NCBI GenBank assembly: GCA_041946735.1
Contig: JBHGAY010000012.1
Location: forward strand, 64,001 to 128,000
Reading direction: 5' to 3'
DNA length: 64,000 bases
Source of the DNA: Candidatus Eiseniibacteriota bacterium
GTDB taxonomy: Bacteria > Eisenbacteria > RBG-16-71-46 > CAIMUX01 > VGJL01
In this document: positions 48,576 through 58,416 of the stretch, one piece after another
How positions within the stretch are numbered: position 1 is the stretch's first letter
Layout: every line of letters starts with the position of its first letter
Made by a program: the position numbers and the translations under genes
The notes under the pieces: model-generated
Databases searched by the model: none
What the model saw: only the letters and a program-made list of their open reading frames with translations
Told to the model about the DNA's origin: nothing

Positions 48576-50019
48576 GATCCACTTCGTCGGCATCGGCGGC
48601 ACCGGGATGTGCGGGCTGGCCGAGGTGTGCCTGAATCTCGGCTACGAGGTCTCCGGCAGCGATCTCGCGCGCACGGAGGTGACCGAGCGACTCGAGCGGC
48701 TGGGCGCGAGGGTGATGCAGGGGCACCAGGCGGAGAACGTGCGAGGGAGCGATCTCCTCGTCGTGTCCTCCGCGATCCGCAAGACGAACCCGGAGTATCG
48801 CGAGGCGGTCAAGCTTCATATCCCCATGCTCAAGCGCGGCGAGATGCTCGCGGAGATCATGCGCCTGAAGACCGGGATCGCGGTCGCGGGCGCGCATGGC
48901 AAGACGACGACCACTTCGCTCACCGGACACGTCCTCTCCTCGGCCGGGCTCGATCCCACCGTCGTCGTCGGCGGGCGCCTGCGCGCGCTCGGCAGCAACG
49001 CGCGCCTCGGCACCGGCGAGTACCTCGTCGCGGAGGCGGACGAGAGCGACGGCTCCTTCCTCGATCTGAACCCCACGATCTCGATCGTCACGAACATCGA
49101 CCTGGAGCACCTCGATCATTACCGCGGCCTGCCGGACATCGAGGAGGCGTTCACGCGCTTCCTCCGCAAGGTCCCGTTCTACGGAGTGGCGATCGTCTGC
49201 GGGGACGATCCGAACGTCCGCGAGGTCATTCCGCGCGTGCAGAAGCGAATCGTCACCTACGGCTTCGGGAGCGACAACCAGGTGATCGCGGAGGATCCGG
49301 TCTTCGAGGCGATGCACTCGCGCTTTCGCATCCGCTGGTTCGAGGAAGCGGGGGAGAGCTTCGAGCTCAACCTGCCGGGACGGCACAACATCCTGAACGC
49401 GCTCGCTGCCTACACCGTTGCGCGGGAGCTGGGCGTTCGCACCGAGACGATCCGCGAGGCGTTCTCCACCTTCGGCGGCGTCGGCCGTCGCTTCGAGATC
49501 CGATCCGAGGCGGGAGGGGTGCTGCACGTCGACGATTACGGCCACCATCCGACCGAGATCGCGGCCGTTCTCGCCGCGGCGCGGGCGGTCTGGCCGGACC
49601 GGCGGATCGTGACGCTGTTCCAACCGCACCGCTTCTCGCGGACGAAGGCGCTCCACGCCGCCTTCGGCTCCGCGCTCGCCGCCTGCGACGTCCTGCTCCT
49701 CACCGAGATCTACCCGGCCGGCGAGATTCCCTTGCCCGGGGTGTCCTCCTCGCTTATTCTCGCCGCGGTTCGCGGACAGCCCCATTCTCCCGAGGCGCAT
49801 CCGGTCGCCGACGCGGAGGAGGCGATTCGTGAAGCGGGCGCGTTGCTCCAGCCGGGCGATCTCCTCCTCACCCTCGGGGCGGGGGACGTGGTGCGCTGGG
49901 GCGATCGAATCATGAACGAGAGGGCGCGACGTCCATCGCGGGCGGAGCGCACGGAGGCCAGGCCGGCCGAAGCCCCCGCAGTCCCTTCGGGACCGGAGGA
50001 CCGGGAGAGCAGGACGTGA
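48553..50019 (+). CDS. murC: UDP-MurNAc:L-Ala ligase
   Basis: HFVGIGG.GM; GAHGKTTT; EADESDG; DDYGHHP; FQPHR. Confidence 0.96.
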   Translation: MSPGKVRRIHFVGIGGTGMCGLAEVCLNLGYEVSGSDLARTEVTERLERLGARVMQGHQAENVRGSDLLVVSSAIRKTNPEYREAVKLHIPMLKRGEMLAEIMRLKTGIAVAGAHGKTTTTSLTGHVLSSAGLDPTVVVGGRLRALGSNARLGTGEYLVAEADESDGSFLDLNPTISIVTNIDLEHLDHYRGLPDIEEAFTRFLRKVPFYGVAIVCGDDPNVREVIPRVQKRIVTYGFGSDNQVIAEDPVFEAMHSRFRIRWFEEAGESFELNLPGRHNILNALAAYTVARELGVRTETIREAFSTFGGVGRRFEIRSEAGGVLHVDDYGHHPTEIAAVLAAARAVWPDRRIVTLFQPHRFSRTKALHAAFGSALAACDVLLLTEIYPAGEIPLPGVSSSLILAAVRGQPHSPEAHPVADAEEAIREAGALLQPGDLLLTLGAGDVVRWGDRIMNERARRPSRAERTEARPAEAPAVPSGPEDRESRT

Positions 50020-50864
50020 CCGACCTTCAGTCCTTCTGGGCGGAAGCCGCGTGGGAGCGGCTCGTCGAACGGCGCCGGAGACGCAACCGGCGCCGCGGCG
50101 CCGCCGCCGCTCTCGGCATCCTCCTCCTGCTCGGCGCGATCGCGCTCGCGATCCTCCACCGCCACGAGATCCTCAGTGCCGCCCCGTGGACCGTGCGGGC
50201 GATCGAGGTCTCCGGCAACCGCAACGTCTCGACCGCCGAGGTGCTCGATCTGCTCGACCTGCATGCGGGCGACCCGTGGTGGCGCTTCCGCCCAGCGGCG
50301 ATCCGCTCCCGGGCCGCCTCGAGCCCCGCGATCCAGTCGCTCTCGCTCCGCTACGTCTGGTTCCACCGGCTGCGCGTGGAGCTGACCGAACGCGAGGGGA
50401 GCCTGGCGGTCCTCTCGCCGATCGTCGGAGAGATGAGCGAGGACGGCTGGCTGCTCCCGCCGTCTCCGCTCGGAGAGGAGCACGACCTGCCGATCCTCCG
50501 CGCTCGCGGCTTCGCCCTGCCGGCGCCCGGCTCGATGGTCGGCGGAGAGATCGGCCGCGTCGCCCGCCTCGTCGGGGAGATGCGCCGCACGCACGCGGAT
50601 CTCTGGCGGGAGATCTCCGAGATCGATCTGGGGCCGGAGGAGGCGCGGGCGTTCCTGCGCTCCGGACGCCAGATCGTCCTCTTCACTCCGGGCCGCCACG
50701 ACGACCTCTGGGGGAAGGTCCCGACCGTGCTCGAGGACCTCCGCCGCCAGGGCCGTCACGACGTCGTCCTGGATCTGCGATTCCCGGAGAGGATCGTCGT
50801 CCATCTGCCCGAAGTGGTCGCCCCGGACACCCTGCTGACCCAGACCGGCAAGGAGCGCGCCTGA
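50016..50864 (+). CDS. ftsQ: Cell division protein FtsQ/DivIB
   Basis: Single TM; POTRA-like IEVSGN; C-terminal LDLRF..RIVV. Confidence 0.85.
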   Translation: MTDLQSFWAEAAWERLVERRRRRNRRRGAAAALGILLLLGAIALAILHRHEILSAAPWTVRAIEVSGNRNVSTAEVLDLLDLHAGDPWWRFRPAAIRSRAASSPAIQSLSLRYVWFHRLRVELTEREGSLAVLSPIVGEMSEDGWLLPPSPLGEEHDLPILRARGFALPAPGSMVGGEIGRVARLVGEMRRTHADLWREISEIDLGPEEARAFLRSGRQIVLFTPGRHDDLWGKVPTVLEDLRRQGRHDVVLDLRFPERIVVHLPEVVAPDTLLTQTGKERA

Positions 50865-50868
50865 ACCG

Positions 50869-52092
50869 ATGACACCGAAGAGAAACATCCTGGCCGGACT
50901 CGACGTCGGATCCACCAAAGTCTGCTGCGCCGTCGGGGAGTCGTTGCCGGACTCCGGGATCCGCCTCCTCGGGCTCGGCGAGGCGCCGTGCGACGGCCTC
51001 GACCGCGGGAACCTGGTGAACGTGGAGGCGACGGTCGAGGCGATCCGGGCAGCGGTCGATGCCGCGGGACGGATGGCCGGCGTCACCATCCGCGAGGCGC
51101 TGCTCGGCATCAGCGGCGAGCACGTGCGCGGCATCCAGAGCCGCGGCGTGATCGGGATCAGCCGCCGGGACAAGGAGGTCGTCCGCGAGGACGTGGAGCG
51201 CGTGCTCGAAGCGGCCCGGGCGGTGAAGATCCCGGCCGATCGCGAGCTGCTCCACGTGATCCCGCGCGGCTTCACGGTCGACGAGCAGTCCGGGATCCGC
51301 GATCCGCTCGGCATGTCCGGCATCCGCCTCGAGGCGGAAGTCCACATCGTGACGATCGCCAGCCCGCCGGTCCGCAATCTGCTGCGCGCCGTCGCGCGCG
51401 CCGGGATCGGCATCGACTCGCTCGTCCTGCAGCCGCTCGCCGCTTCGCTCTCCGTCCTCGGGGAGGACGAGAAGGGGCTCGGAGTGGCGCTCGTCGACAT
51501 CGGGGGAGGAACGAGCGACGTCGTCCTCTTCGAGTCGGGAGTCGTGCGGCATACGGCGATCGTGGGCCTCGGCGGGCGGCACCTCACGCAGGACATCGCG
51601 ATCGGTTTGCGCACGCCGGCCGACCGCGCCGAGGAGCTGAAGATCCACCACGGATGCGCCGTCTCCGCGCGCGTTCCCGCCGAGGAGGTCGTCGAGGTGC
51701 CGGGGGTCGGCGGCCGCGCGCCCCGCGTGATCAGCCGCCAGGTCCTGGCCGCGATCATCGAGCCGCGCGCCGAAGAGATCCTGATGCTGATCCTCCAGGA
51801 GCTGGACCGGTGCGGCGCGACCGATCTGCTCGGCGCGGGAGTCGTGATGACGGGCGGCAGCTCGCTGCTCCCCGGGATGGTGGAGCTGGCGGAGCGCGTG
51901 CTGGGCATTCCCGCGCGGATCGGGGTCCCGCGGGCGATCGAAGGACTGCCGGAGGGAGAAGGGCGTCCCGGCCATGCGGTCGCGCTCGGCCTTCTCCTCC
52001 ACGGCGCGGAAACGGAGCGCGGGCGCGATTCGGGGCGCGGATTCCTCGGCCTCTTCCGGCGCCCGCGCGAATGGGTGCGCGAGTATCTCTGA
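50869..52092 (+). CDS. ftsA: Cell division protein FtsA
   Basis: GLDVGSTKV; DPLGMSG.RLE; DIGGGT; AEELK; TGG. Confidence 0.96.
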   Translation: MTPKRNILAGLDVGSTKVCCAVGESLPDSGIRLLGLGEAPCDGLDRGNLVNVEATVEAIRAAVDAAGRMAGVTIREALLGISGEHVRGIQSRGVIGISRRDKEVVREDVERVLEAARAVKIPADRELLHVIPRGFTVDEQSGIRDPLGMSGIRLEAEVHIVTIASPPVRNLLRAVARAGIGIDSLVLQPLAASLSVLGEDEKGLGVALVDIGGGTSDVVLFESGVVRHTAIVGLGGRHLTQDIAIGLRTPADRAEELKIHHGCAVSARVPAEEVVEVPGVGGRAPRVISRQVLAAIIEPRAEEILMLILQELDRCGATDLLGAGVVMTGGSSLLPGMVELAERVLGIPARIGVPRAIEGLPEGEGRPGHAVALGLLLHGAETERGRDSGRGFLGLFRRPREWVREYL

Positions 52093-52180
52093 CGCGTCGG
52101 GCGGGCCGGAGGCGGCCCGTCCTGACGGGAACGTGCAGCGGCGGGAGCGGCCGGATCCGCTTCCGCGGGAGGTGCAGGGA

Positions 52181-53701
52181 ATGCTGGAAATCGACGGGCG
52201 GCGGGGAGAGCCGGCGAAGATCGCGGTGGTGGGGCTCGGTGGCGGAGGTTCGAACGCGGTCAACCGGATGATCTCCGAAGGGCTCCGGGACGTCACCTTC
52301 TGGGTAGCGAACACCGACGCTCAAGCGCTGCAGAACGCCGTGTGCGAGAACCGGCTGCAACTCGGCTCCGCCCTGACCGCGGGGCTCGGCGCCGGGGGGG
52401 ATCCGGAAGTGGGGCGGGCGGCGGCCGAGGAGGATGCGCAGTCCCTCCAGGAAGTCCTGGACGGCTACGACATGGTCTTCCTTACCGCCGGCATGGGGGG
52501 AGGGACGGGAACCGGCTCCTCCCCGGTCGTCGCGCGGATCGCGCGCTCGCTCGGCGCGCTCACGGTCGCGATCGTCACGCGTCCTTTCCTGTTCGAAGGA
52601 TCGCGGAGGGCGGCGCGCGCCGAAGAGGGGATCCGCCAGCTCGCCGACGAGGTCGACACGCTGATCGTGATCCCGAACGACAAGCTCCTGCACCTGGTGG
52701 AGCGGGGCGCGAACCTGAACGCGGGGCTGCGCGTCGCCGACGAGGTGCTGTTCCAGGCGACTCGCGGCATCAGCGACATCATCCTCGGCAACGGCCTCAT
52801 CAACGTCGACTTCGCTGACGTCCGCACCGTGATGAAGAATCGCGGCGGAGCCCTGCTCGGCTGCGGCATCGCGCGCGGGCCCAACCGCGCGGTCGAGTCG
52901 GCGCAGGCGGCGGTGTCGAGCCCGCTGCTCGACGATCTCACGATCTCCGGAGCCGAGGCGATCCTCGTCAACGTCGTCGGCGGTCCGGGAATGGGATTCC
53001 ACGAGGTCACCGAGGCGGCGCAGTACATCTCCGAGCAGGCCGGCAAGGAGGCGGACGTCTTCTGGGGCGCCGTGATCGATCCGAACCTCGAAGAGGAGAT
53101 GCGCGTCACGTTGATCGCGACCGGCTTCCAGCGCTCCCCTGCGATCCGGAAGGTGGAGCGCCCGGCGGTGGCGGCGCGGCCCGAGCCGGCCGCTGCCGCC
53201 ACGGCGCCGCCGATGCCGGAACGGACGCCGGCGCCCGCGCCCGCGCCAGTGCCCACACCCGCGCCGCGCTCCCCCGAGCCGCTGCGCGCTCCCGAGATCC
53301 CGGAGCCTGTCTACGCGCGCGAGCCGCTTCCGCCGCTTCCCGGTCTCGACGATCCGGAGATCCTGCCGTTCCCCGACTCGCTCGAGTACGGCGGCGCCGC
53401 CGGCCAGGACGATCGCCTCTCGCCGGCTGCCGCAAGCGCCGAGCCCGAGCCCGACCCGTCGTGGACTCCGCGGATCGTGCGCGGCCGTGACGACGAGCGG
53501 CCGGGCGCCACCGAGGCGGCGGAGAGCTGGATCGAGGAACCGCAGGCCGAGGGCCCGGCGCCGGCCACCGACCGAGGACCGGCACTGTGGCGCCGCCGTC
53601 CCGGCCGTCGCTATCGCATGCCGGACCGGCTCGACGACGCGCGATTCGATGGACGCAATCCGCTCGACATACCGACCTTCCTGAGGAAGCAGATGGACTG
53701 A
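52181..53701 (+). CDS. ftsZ: Cell division GTPase FtsZ with long Pro/acidic linker
   Basis: GLGGGGSNAV; GMGGGTGTG; INVDFADV; C-terminal LDIPTFLRKQMD. Confidence 0.97.
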   Translation: MLEIDGRRGEPAKIAVVGLGGGGSNAVNRMISEGLRDVTFWVANTDAQALQNAVCENRLQLGSALTAGLGAGGDPEVGRAAAEEDAQSLQEVLDGYDMVFLTAGMGGGTGTGSSPVVARIARSLGALTVAIVTRPFLFEGSRRAARAEEGIRQLADEVDTLIVIPNDKLLHLVERGANLNAGLRVADEVLFQATRGISDIILGNGLINVDFADVRTVMKNRGGALLGCGIARGPNRAVESAQAAVSSPLLDDLTISGAEAILVNVVGGPGMGFHEVTEAAQYISEQAGKEADVFWGAVIDPNLEEEMRVTLIATGFQRSPAIRKVERPAVAARPEPAAAATAPPMPERTPAPAPAPVPTPAPRSPEPLRAPEIPEPVYAREPLPPLPGLDDPEILPFPDSLEYGGAAGQDDRLSPAAASAEPEPDPSWTPRIVRGRDDERPGATEAAESWIEEPQAEGPAPATDRGPALWRRRPGRRYRMPDRLDDARFDGRNPLDIPTFLRKQMD

Positions 53702-53796
53702 TCTCACCGAGGTCTCGCGTCCGGAGCGGGGCGGAGGCGCGACGCGTTGCGCGCCCGCCCTCCCCGCCCGGAGCGACCCGGCGAAGGGAGGTGTGC

Positions 53797-55440
53797 ATGT
53801 CCTTCCTGGGGCGTCTCTTCCATAGGGACGGGATGTCGGACTACCGGCGCGGGATCCTCGCGTTCAACCGGGGCGACTTCGACGAGGCGGTCGAGGCGTT
53901 CGAGCGCACCCTCGCGTCGATCCAGGACCCGAGCGATCCGTACTTCAGCCTCGGGCGCTTCTACGCGGCCGAGGCGCACGCGCGCCTGGGGCTCGCGCTC
54001 GAACGCCGCGGGGAGCGGCGCGCCGCCGCCGAACAGTTCCGCCTCGCCCTCGGATGCGGCTACCGCTATCCCGACGTTCACCAGCGCCTCGCCGCCATGC
54101 TCGAGGCGGAAGGCCAGCTCGCCGAGGCGGAGAGCGAGTGCCGCGCCGCGCTCGAGATCCATCCCGGCTATCTCGACGCGCGATGCCGGCTGCTGCTCGT
54201 GTTGATCGGGCAGGGACGGCGCGACCTCGCCGCGGCGGAGCTGGACACGCTGATCGAGGCGGGCTTCCCGCTGCCGGCGCCGCTCGCGCCGGGGGCGGGC
54301 GTCCCCGAAGATCCCACCTTCCTCGAGGAGCTGCGCCGCATGCTCGACAGCCGGCAGCGCAGCCAGCAGCAGCTCGAGCGGGCGCTGGAGAGCTACGACC
54401 GCGGCAACCGGGCCGAAGCGTTGCGCGAGCTCCGCGCGGCGGTCGCGGAGCAGCCGCGCTACGCCGACCTTCGCCGCCGACTCGGAAGCCTGCTCCTCGA
54501 GCAGGGGGACACCTCCGGCGCGATCGAGGAGCTGGGGGCGGCGATCGCGATCAATCCCGACTACGTGGAGGCGCGGCTGCAGATGGGGATCGCGCAGCTT
54601 CGCGCCGGCCGCCCGGCCGAAGCGATTCCGCACCTGGAGACCGCGGCGCGCCTGCAACCGGAGTACCCCGATGCGCGCCTCTTCCTCGCGCTCGCGCTCG
54701 TCCGCGAGGGAAGGATCGCCGACGCGGACGCCTCGCTCATGCTGACGATCGCCGAGCACAAGAACTTCGCGCGCGCCCGCTACGCATTGGGCCTCGTGCG
54801 GCTCGTGCAGGGAAGGACCGGCGAAGGCCTCGAGACGCTGCAAGAGGCGATCGACGCGGATCCCCTGCTGCTGCGCGGGCGGACCGACCTCGCCCACGCC
54901 CAGGCTCACGAGGGGGACCCGGAGATCGCCGAGAGCCTCTTCCGCAAAGTGCTGGAGCGCGCGCCGGAGGATTCCGACGCGCGTCTCGGCTTCGGGCTGG
55001 CGCTTCTCTCAGAGGGACGGAGGGACGAGGCGCACGAGCAGCTGCTCCTCGCCTGCCGCGCCCTCCCGCGCGATCCTCGCGCCGTGGCCGCCCTCGCCCG
55101 CATCGAGATCGAGCGCGGGGAGAACGAACCGGCGATCGAGAGGATCGACCGGGTGCTCGCTGGCGCGCCGGACGGCGCGGCGCCCGATCCGGCGCTCCTG
55201 CACCTGCGCGCGCGGGCCTTGACCGGCGCCGGGCGGCCGGCGGAAGCGCGGGCCGATCTGGAGGCGCTCCTCGGGATCGAGCCGGGGAACGTCGAGGCGC
55301 GAGTGGAGCTGGGTCTGCTGCTCTTCCAGGAAGGTCGGGCCGCCGAGGGGCGCGAGGCGATGGCCGAGGCGCTCCGGCGGGACGCCACGCACCCGGTCGC
55401 GCGCGTGTTCGCGGATCCGGGCCTCGTGGCGTCGCTCTAG
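53797..55440 (+). CDS. Tetratricopeptide repeat protein
   Basis: GGAGG RBS; multiple TPRs with YPD/YAD...LG...A..EL..A..INP.Y.EA pattern. Confidence 0.85.
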   Translation: MSFLGRLFHRDGMSDYRRGILAFNRGDFDEAVEAFERTLASIQDPSDPYFSLGRFYAAEAHARLGLALERRGERRAAAEQFRLALGCGYRYPDVHQRLAAMLEAEGQLAEAESECRAALEIHPGYLDARCRLLLVLIGQGRRDLAAAELDTLIEAGFPLPAPLAPGAGVPEDPTFLEELRRMLDSRQRSQQQLERALESYDRGNRAEALRELRAAVAEQPRYADLRRRLGSLLLEQGDTSGAIEELGAAIAINPDYVEARLQMGIAQLRAGRPAEAIPHLETAARLQPEYPDARLFLALALVREGRIADADASLMLTIAEHKNFARARYALGLVRLVQGRTGEGLETLQEAIDADPLLLRGRTDLAHAQAHEGDPEIAESLFRKVLERAPEDSDARLGFGLALLSEGRRDEAHEQLLLACRALPRDPRAVAALARIEIERGENEPAIERIDRVLAGAPDGAAPDPALLHLRARALTGAGRPAEARADLEALLGIEPGNVEARVELGLLLFQEGRAAEGREAMAEALRRDATHPVARVFADPGLVASL

Positions 55441-55441
55441 G

Positions 55442-55675
55442 TCAGGCCGTCGCGGACTCCTTCTCGGAGCTGGGGCGGGACTTGCTCACCTGCTTCTGCA
55501 CGAGGCCGGAGCGGAGGCACCGGGTGCAGACGCGCAAGCGGACCGGCTTTCCGTCGACGATCGCCCGCACCTTCTGGAGATTCGGGTTCCAGACGCGATG
55601 CGAGACGTTGTGGGCGTGGGAGATCTGGTTGCCGAACTGGATCCCCTTGCCGCAGATGTCGCACGCTCGAGACAT
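55442..55675 (-). CDS. rpmB: 50S ribosomal protein L28 (Zn-binding CxxC form)
   Basis: [21 protein letters not shown]...R.W.PNLQ...[19 protein letters not shown]. Confidence 0.95.
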   Translation of the reverse strand: MSRACDICGKGIQFGNQISHAHNVSHRVWNPNLQKVRAIVDGKPVRLRVCTRCLRSGLVQKQVSKSRPSSEKESATA

Positions 55676-55722
55676 CGATTCCTCCCTCGCCCGGTCGCTG
55701 ATCCGGGACGACGCAAAAGCGC

Positions 55723-55751
55723 AGTCTAGCAGCGGCTCCCGGGCCGGGCAA
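55723..55751 (-). promoter_or_regulatory. rpmB promoter
   Basis: Minus strand TTGCCC-17 bp-TAGACT with extended TGn. Confidence 0.5.
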
Positions 55752-55849
55752 CCCCCTTTCGGGACGGAAGGGCAGGGACCGACGACAGCAGAACCGGGCG
55801 CCCGACCGCCCGTTGCGGCGCCACGGACCACCTCCGGGCCGGCGGCGCA

Positions 55850-58147
55850 ATGAGCGGCCGCGACAGGAGCGGCGGCGACAGGAGCGGCGCGGATCGCCGC
55901 ACCCCTCGCGGCGCGGCTCCCGGCACGCGGCCCGCGCCTACCTCCGCCTCCGCCTCCACCTCCGCCGCCGCCTCTGCCTCCGCGGTCGCAGGACTGCCGG
56001 GCGTGGGCCCGAAGCGGGCGGAAGCGCTCGCCCGCCTCGGCATCGAGACGCTGGAGGATCTGCTCCTTCATCTGCCGATCCGCTACCTCGACCGCACCAG
56101 GACGGCCGGCTTCGCCGCCGCTCGTCCGGGCGAGGAGGCGACGCTCCTCGCCCGCGTCGTCTCCTGCTCCTCGCGCCGGATTCGCGGCGGCATCCCTCTC
56201 GTCTCGGCGAAGCTCGTGGACGAAGAGGGTGGCAAGGGGGAAGCGGTCTGGTTCCGCCAGCCCTGGCTCGCGCGCTCGCTGCAGCCGGGTGTCGCGGTCT
56301 TGCTGAGCGGTCGGTGCCGCCCGTCCCGTCCGATCGTCCTCGTGCATCCGGATCTCGAGATCCTCGCCGGCGACGGCGGCCTGGAGCTCGAACCGCGCGA
56401 AGGCGTAACGATCCTCGCCGTCTACCCGCTCGTCCGCGGGCTCACGCAACGCCTCCTCCGCGGATGGATCGAGACGGCTCTCGATCGCGCCGGCGCGCCG
56501 GAGCCGCGCGACGAGGACTCCGCGCTAGCCGAGGAGCGAGATCGCCTCGGCCTCCCGCGAAAGGCGCGCGCCCTGCGCGCGGTGCATCGTCCCGCCTCGA
56601 TCGAAGAGGCGGAGGCGGCGCGACGCAGTCTCGTCTGGGAGGAGATCTTCCTGCTGCAGCTGCTGCTCGCCCGCTTGCGCGCCGAGCGCAGCGACCGGGC
56701 GCCGGTAGTCCGTGTGGACGACGAGGGCCGGCGGTGCGCGCTTGCGGTGCGCGCGGCCCTGCCGTTCCGCCTCACGGAGGACCAGGCGAAGGCGTATGCG
56801 GAGATCGAGAGCGATCTCGCGGCCGAGCGTCCCATGCGCCGCCTGCTGCAGGGGGACGTGGCGTGCGGCAAGACGGCCGTCGTCGCGCTCGCCTGCGCCG
56901 CGATCGCCCGCTCGGGCGGAGGCGCCCAGGCGGCGCTGCTCGCGCCGACCGAGCTGCTCGCCGCGCAGCATGCCGAGACGCTCGCGTCCCTCCTCTCGCC
57001 CGCCGGCCTGCGCGTCGGCCGCCTCGTCGGCGGCGGGCCTGCGGCCGCGCGCCGCGCGCTGTTGCAGGAGATCGCGGCGGGGGAGATCGACGTGGCCGTC
57101 GGAACGCATGCGCTTCTCTCCCGGGGCGTCGCGTTCCGCCGCCTCGCGCTGGTCGCGGTGGACGAGCAGCATCGCTTCGGCGTCGCCCAGCGGCTCGAGA
57201 TGCGACGCAAAGGAGGTTCGCCGCACGTGCTCGTCCTCTCCGCGACGCCGATCCCGCGCACGCTTTCCCTCGCGCTGCACGGCGACCTCGACGTCACGAC
57301 CATCCGCAGCCTGCCTCCCGGCCGCGTCCCGGTGCGCACGCGGATCGTCCCGCCCGCGCAGCGCGAGAGAATGCTCCGCTGGATCGCCGCGCGCCTGCGC
57401 GACGGGGAGCAGGCGTTCTTCGTCTGTCCGCGCATCGAAGGGGACGCGGCGGCCCTCGATGCGTCGGGCTCGCGCGCGAAGGACGGCGAGGCGGGAGGGC
57501 CGGCCGCGGACGAGCGCGAGGGGGCCGCGGACACGCTCGATGCGGTCGCCTTGCATCGCTCGCTCCTCGCGCATCCCGCCTTCCGCGGGATTCCGATCGC
57601 GCTTCTCCATGGACGCATCGATTCCGCCTCGCGAGAGCGCGTCACCGCCGGGCTCCGGGACGGCACGATTCGCGGGGTCGTCGCGACGACGGTGATCGAG
57701 GTCGGCGTCGACGTGCCGCACGCTTCGATCCTCGTCGTCCAGCATCCGGATCGCTTCGGCCTCGCGCAGCTCCATCAGCTGCGAGGACGGGTCGGCCGCT
57801 CGCCCGGGCAGGATCCGTACTGCTTCCTGATGGCCGGGGACCTGCGGGAAGAAACGCCCGCGGCTCAGCGTCTCGCCACGCTCGTGGGGGAGACCGACGG
57901 CTTCCGGATCGCCGAGATCGACCTCCGGATGCGCGGTTCCGGGCGAATTCTCGGCACCGACCAGACGGGCGTCTCCCCGCTCTCGGCGCTCCTCGGCCGT
58001 GACATGGACCTTCTCGAGGCGGCCCGCGAGGGCGCCACCCGGCTTCTGGCGTCCGACCCGCGCCTCGCCTCGCCGAGCCACGAGCGGCTCGCGGCCCGGG
58101 TGGAGCAGCTCCTCCTGCGGTCCCGCCCGTACTACGAAACGGCTTAG
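55850..58147 (+). CDS. recG: ATP-dependent DNA helicase RecG
   Basis: [55 protein letters not shown]. Confidence 0.93.
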   Translation: MSGRDRSGGDRSGADRRTPRGAAPGTRPAPTSASASTSAAASASAVAGLPGVGPKRAEALARLGIETLEDLLLHLPIRYLDRTRTAGFAAARPGEEATLLARVVSCSSRRIRGGIPLVSAKLVDEEGGKGEAVWFRQPWLARSLQPGVAVLLSGRCRPSRPIVLVHPDLEILAGDGGLELEPREGVTILAVYPLVRGLTQRLLRGWIETALDRAGAPEPRDEDSALAEERDRLGLPRKARALRAVHRPASIEEAEAARRSLVWEEIFLLQLLLARLRAERSDRAPVVRVDDEGRRCALAVRAALPFRLTEDQAKAYAEIESDLAAERPMRRLLQGDVACGKTAVVALACAAIARSGGGAQAALLAPTELLAAQHAETLASLLSPAGLRVGRLVGGGPAAARRALLQEIAAGEIDVAVGTHALLSRGVAFRRLALVAVDEQHRFGVAQRLEMRRKGGSPHVLVLSATPIPRTLSLALHGDLDVTTIRSLPPGRVPVRTRIVPPAQRERMLRWIAARLRDGEQAFFVCPRIEGDAAALDASGSRAKDGEAGGPAADEREGAADTLDAVALHRSLLAHPAFRGIPIALLHGRIDSASRERVTAGLRDGTIRGVVATTVIEVGVDVPHASILVVQHPDRFGLAQLHQLRGRVGRSPGQDPYCFLMAGDLREETPAAQRLATLVGETDGFRIAEIDLRMRGSGRILGTDQTGVSPLSALLGRDMDLLEAAREGATRLLASDPRLASPSHERLAARVEQLLLRSRPYYETA

Positions 58148-58416
58148 GGGACGGGGCGACCGGCTCGCGTCGAGGCGGGGGCGGAGGAGGCGAGGGAGGC
58201 GGGGGCGGAGGCGGCGGAGGCGGCGGCGCGGCGCGCTTCGGGATGCGCGCGGGCGCGCGGGTCTCGCGGCCCCGGAGGCGCGCCCGCTCCCAGGAATCCC
58301 GCCATCCCGTGGCTTTTCCCCCGGTCAAGCCGGCGAGGCCAGCGCCCGATAACAGAAGAGGCGGCTCTAGGAACTGCGGGGATTCCCCCGCGCGAGGAAG
58401 CATCCAGGGAGGCCTC

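Noticed and set aside
37830..58081. Numerous long minus-strand and alternate-frame ORFs across dcw and recG
   Set aside because: They fully overlap well-supported genes, lack motifs and are expected at this GC content. Only rpmB is real on the minus strand here.
58148..58260. G-rich repeat as a functional G-quadruplex or poly-Pro ORF
   Set aside because: Low-complexity GGCGGA-type sequence in a very GC-rich genome, with no independent support.
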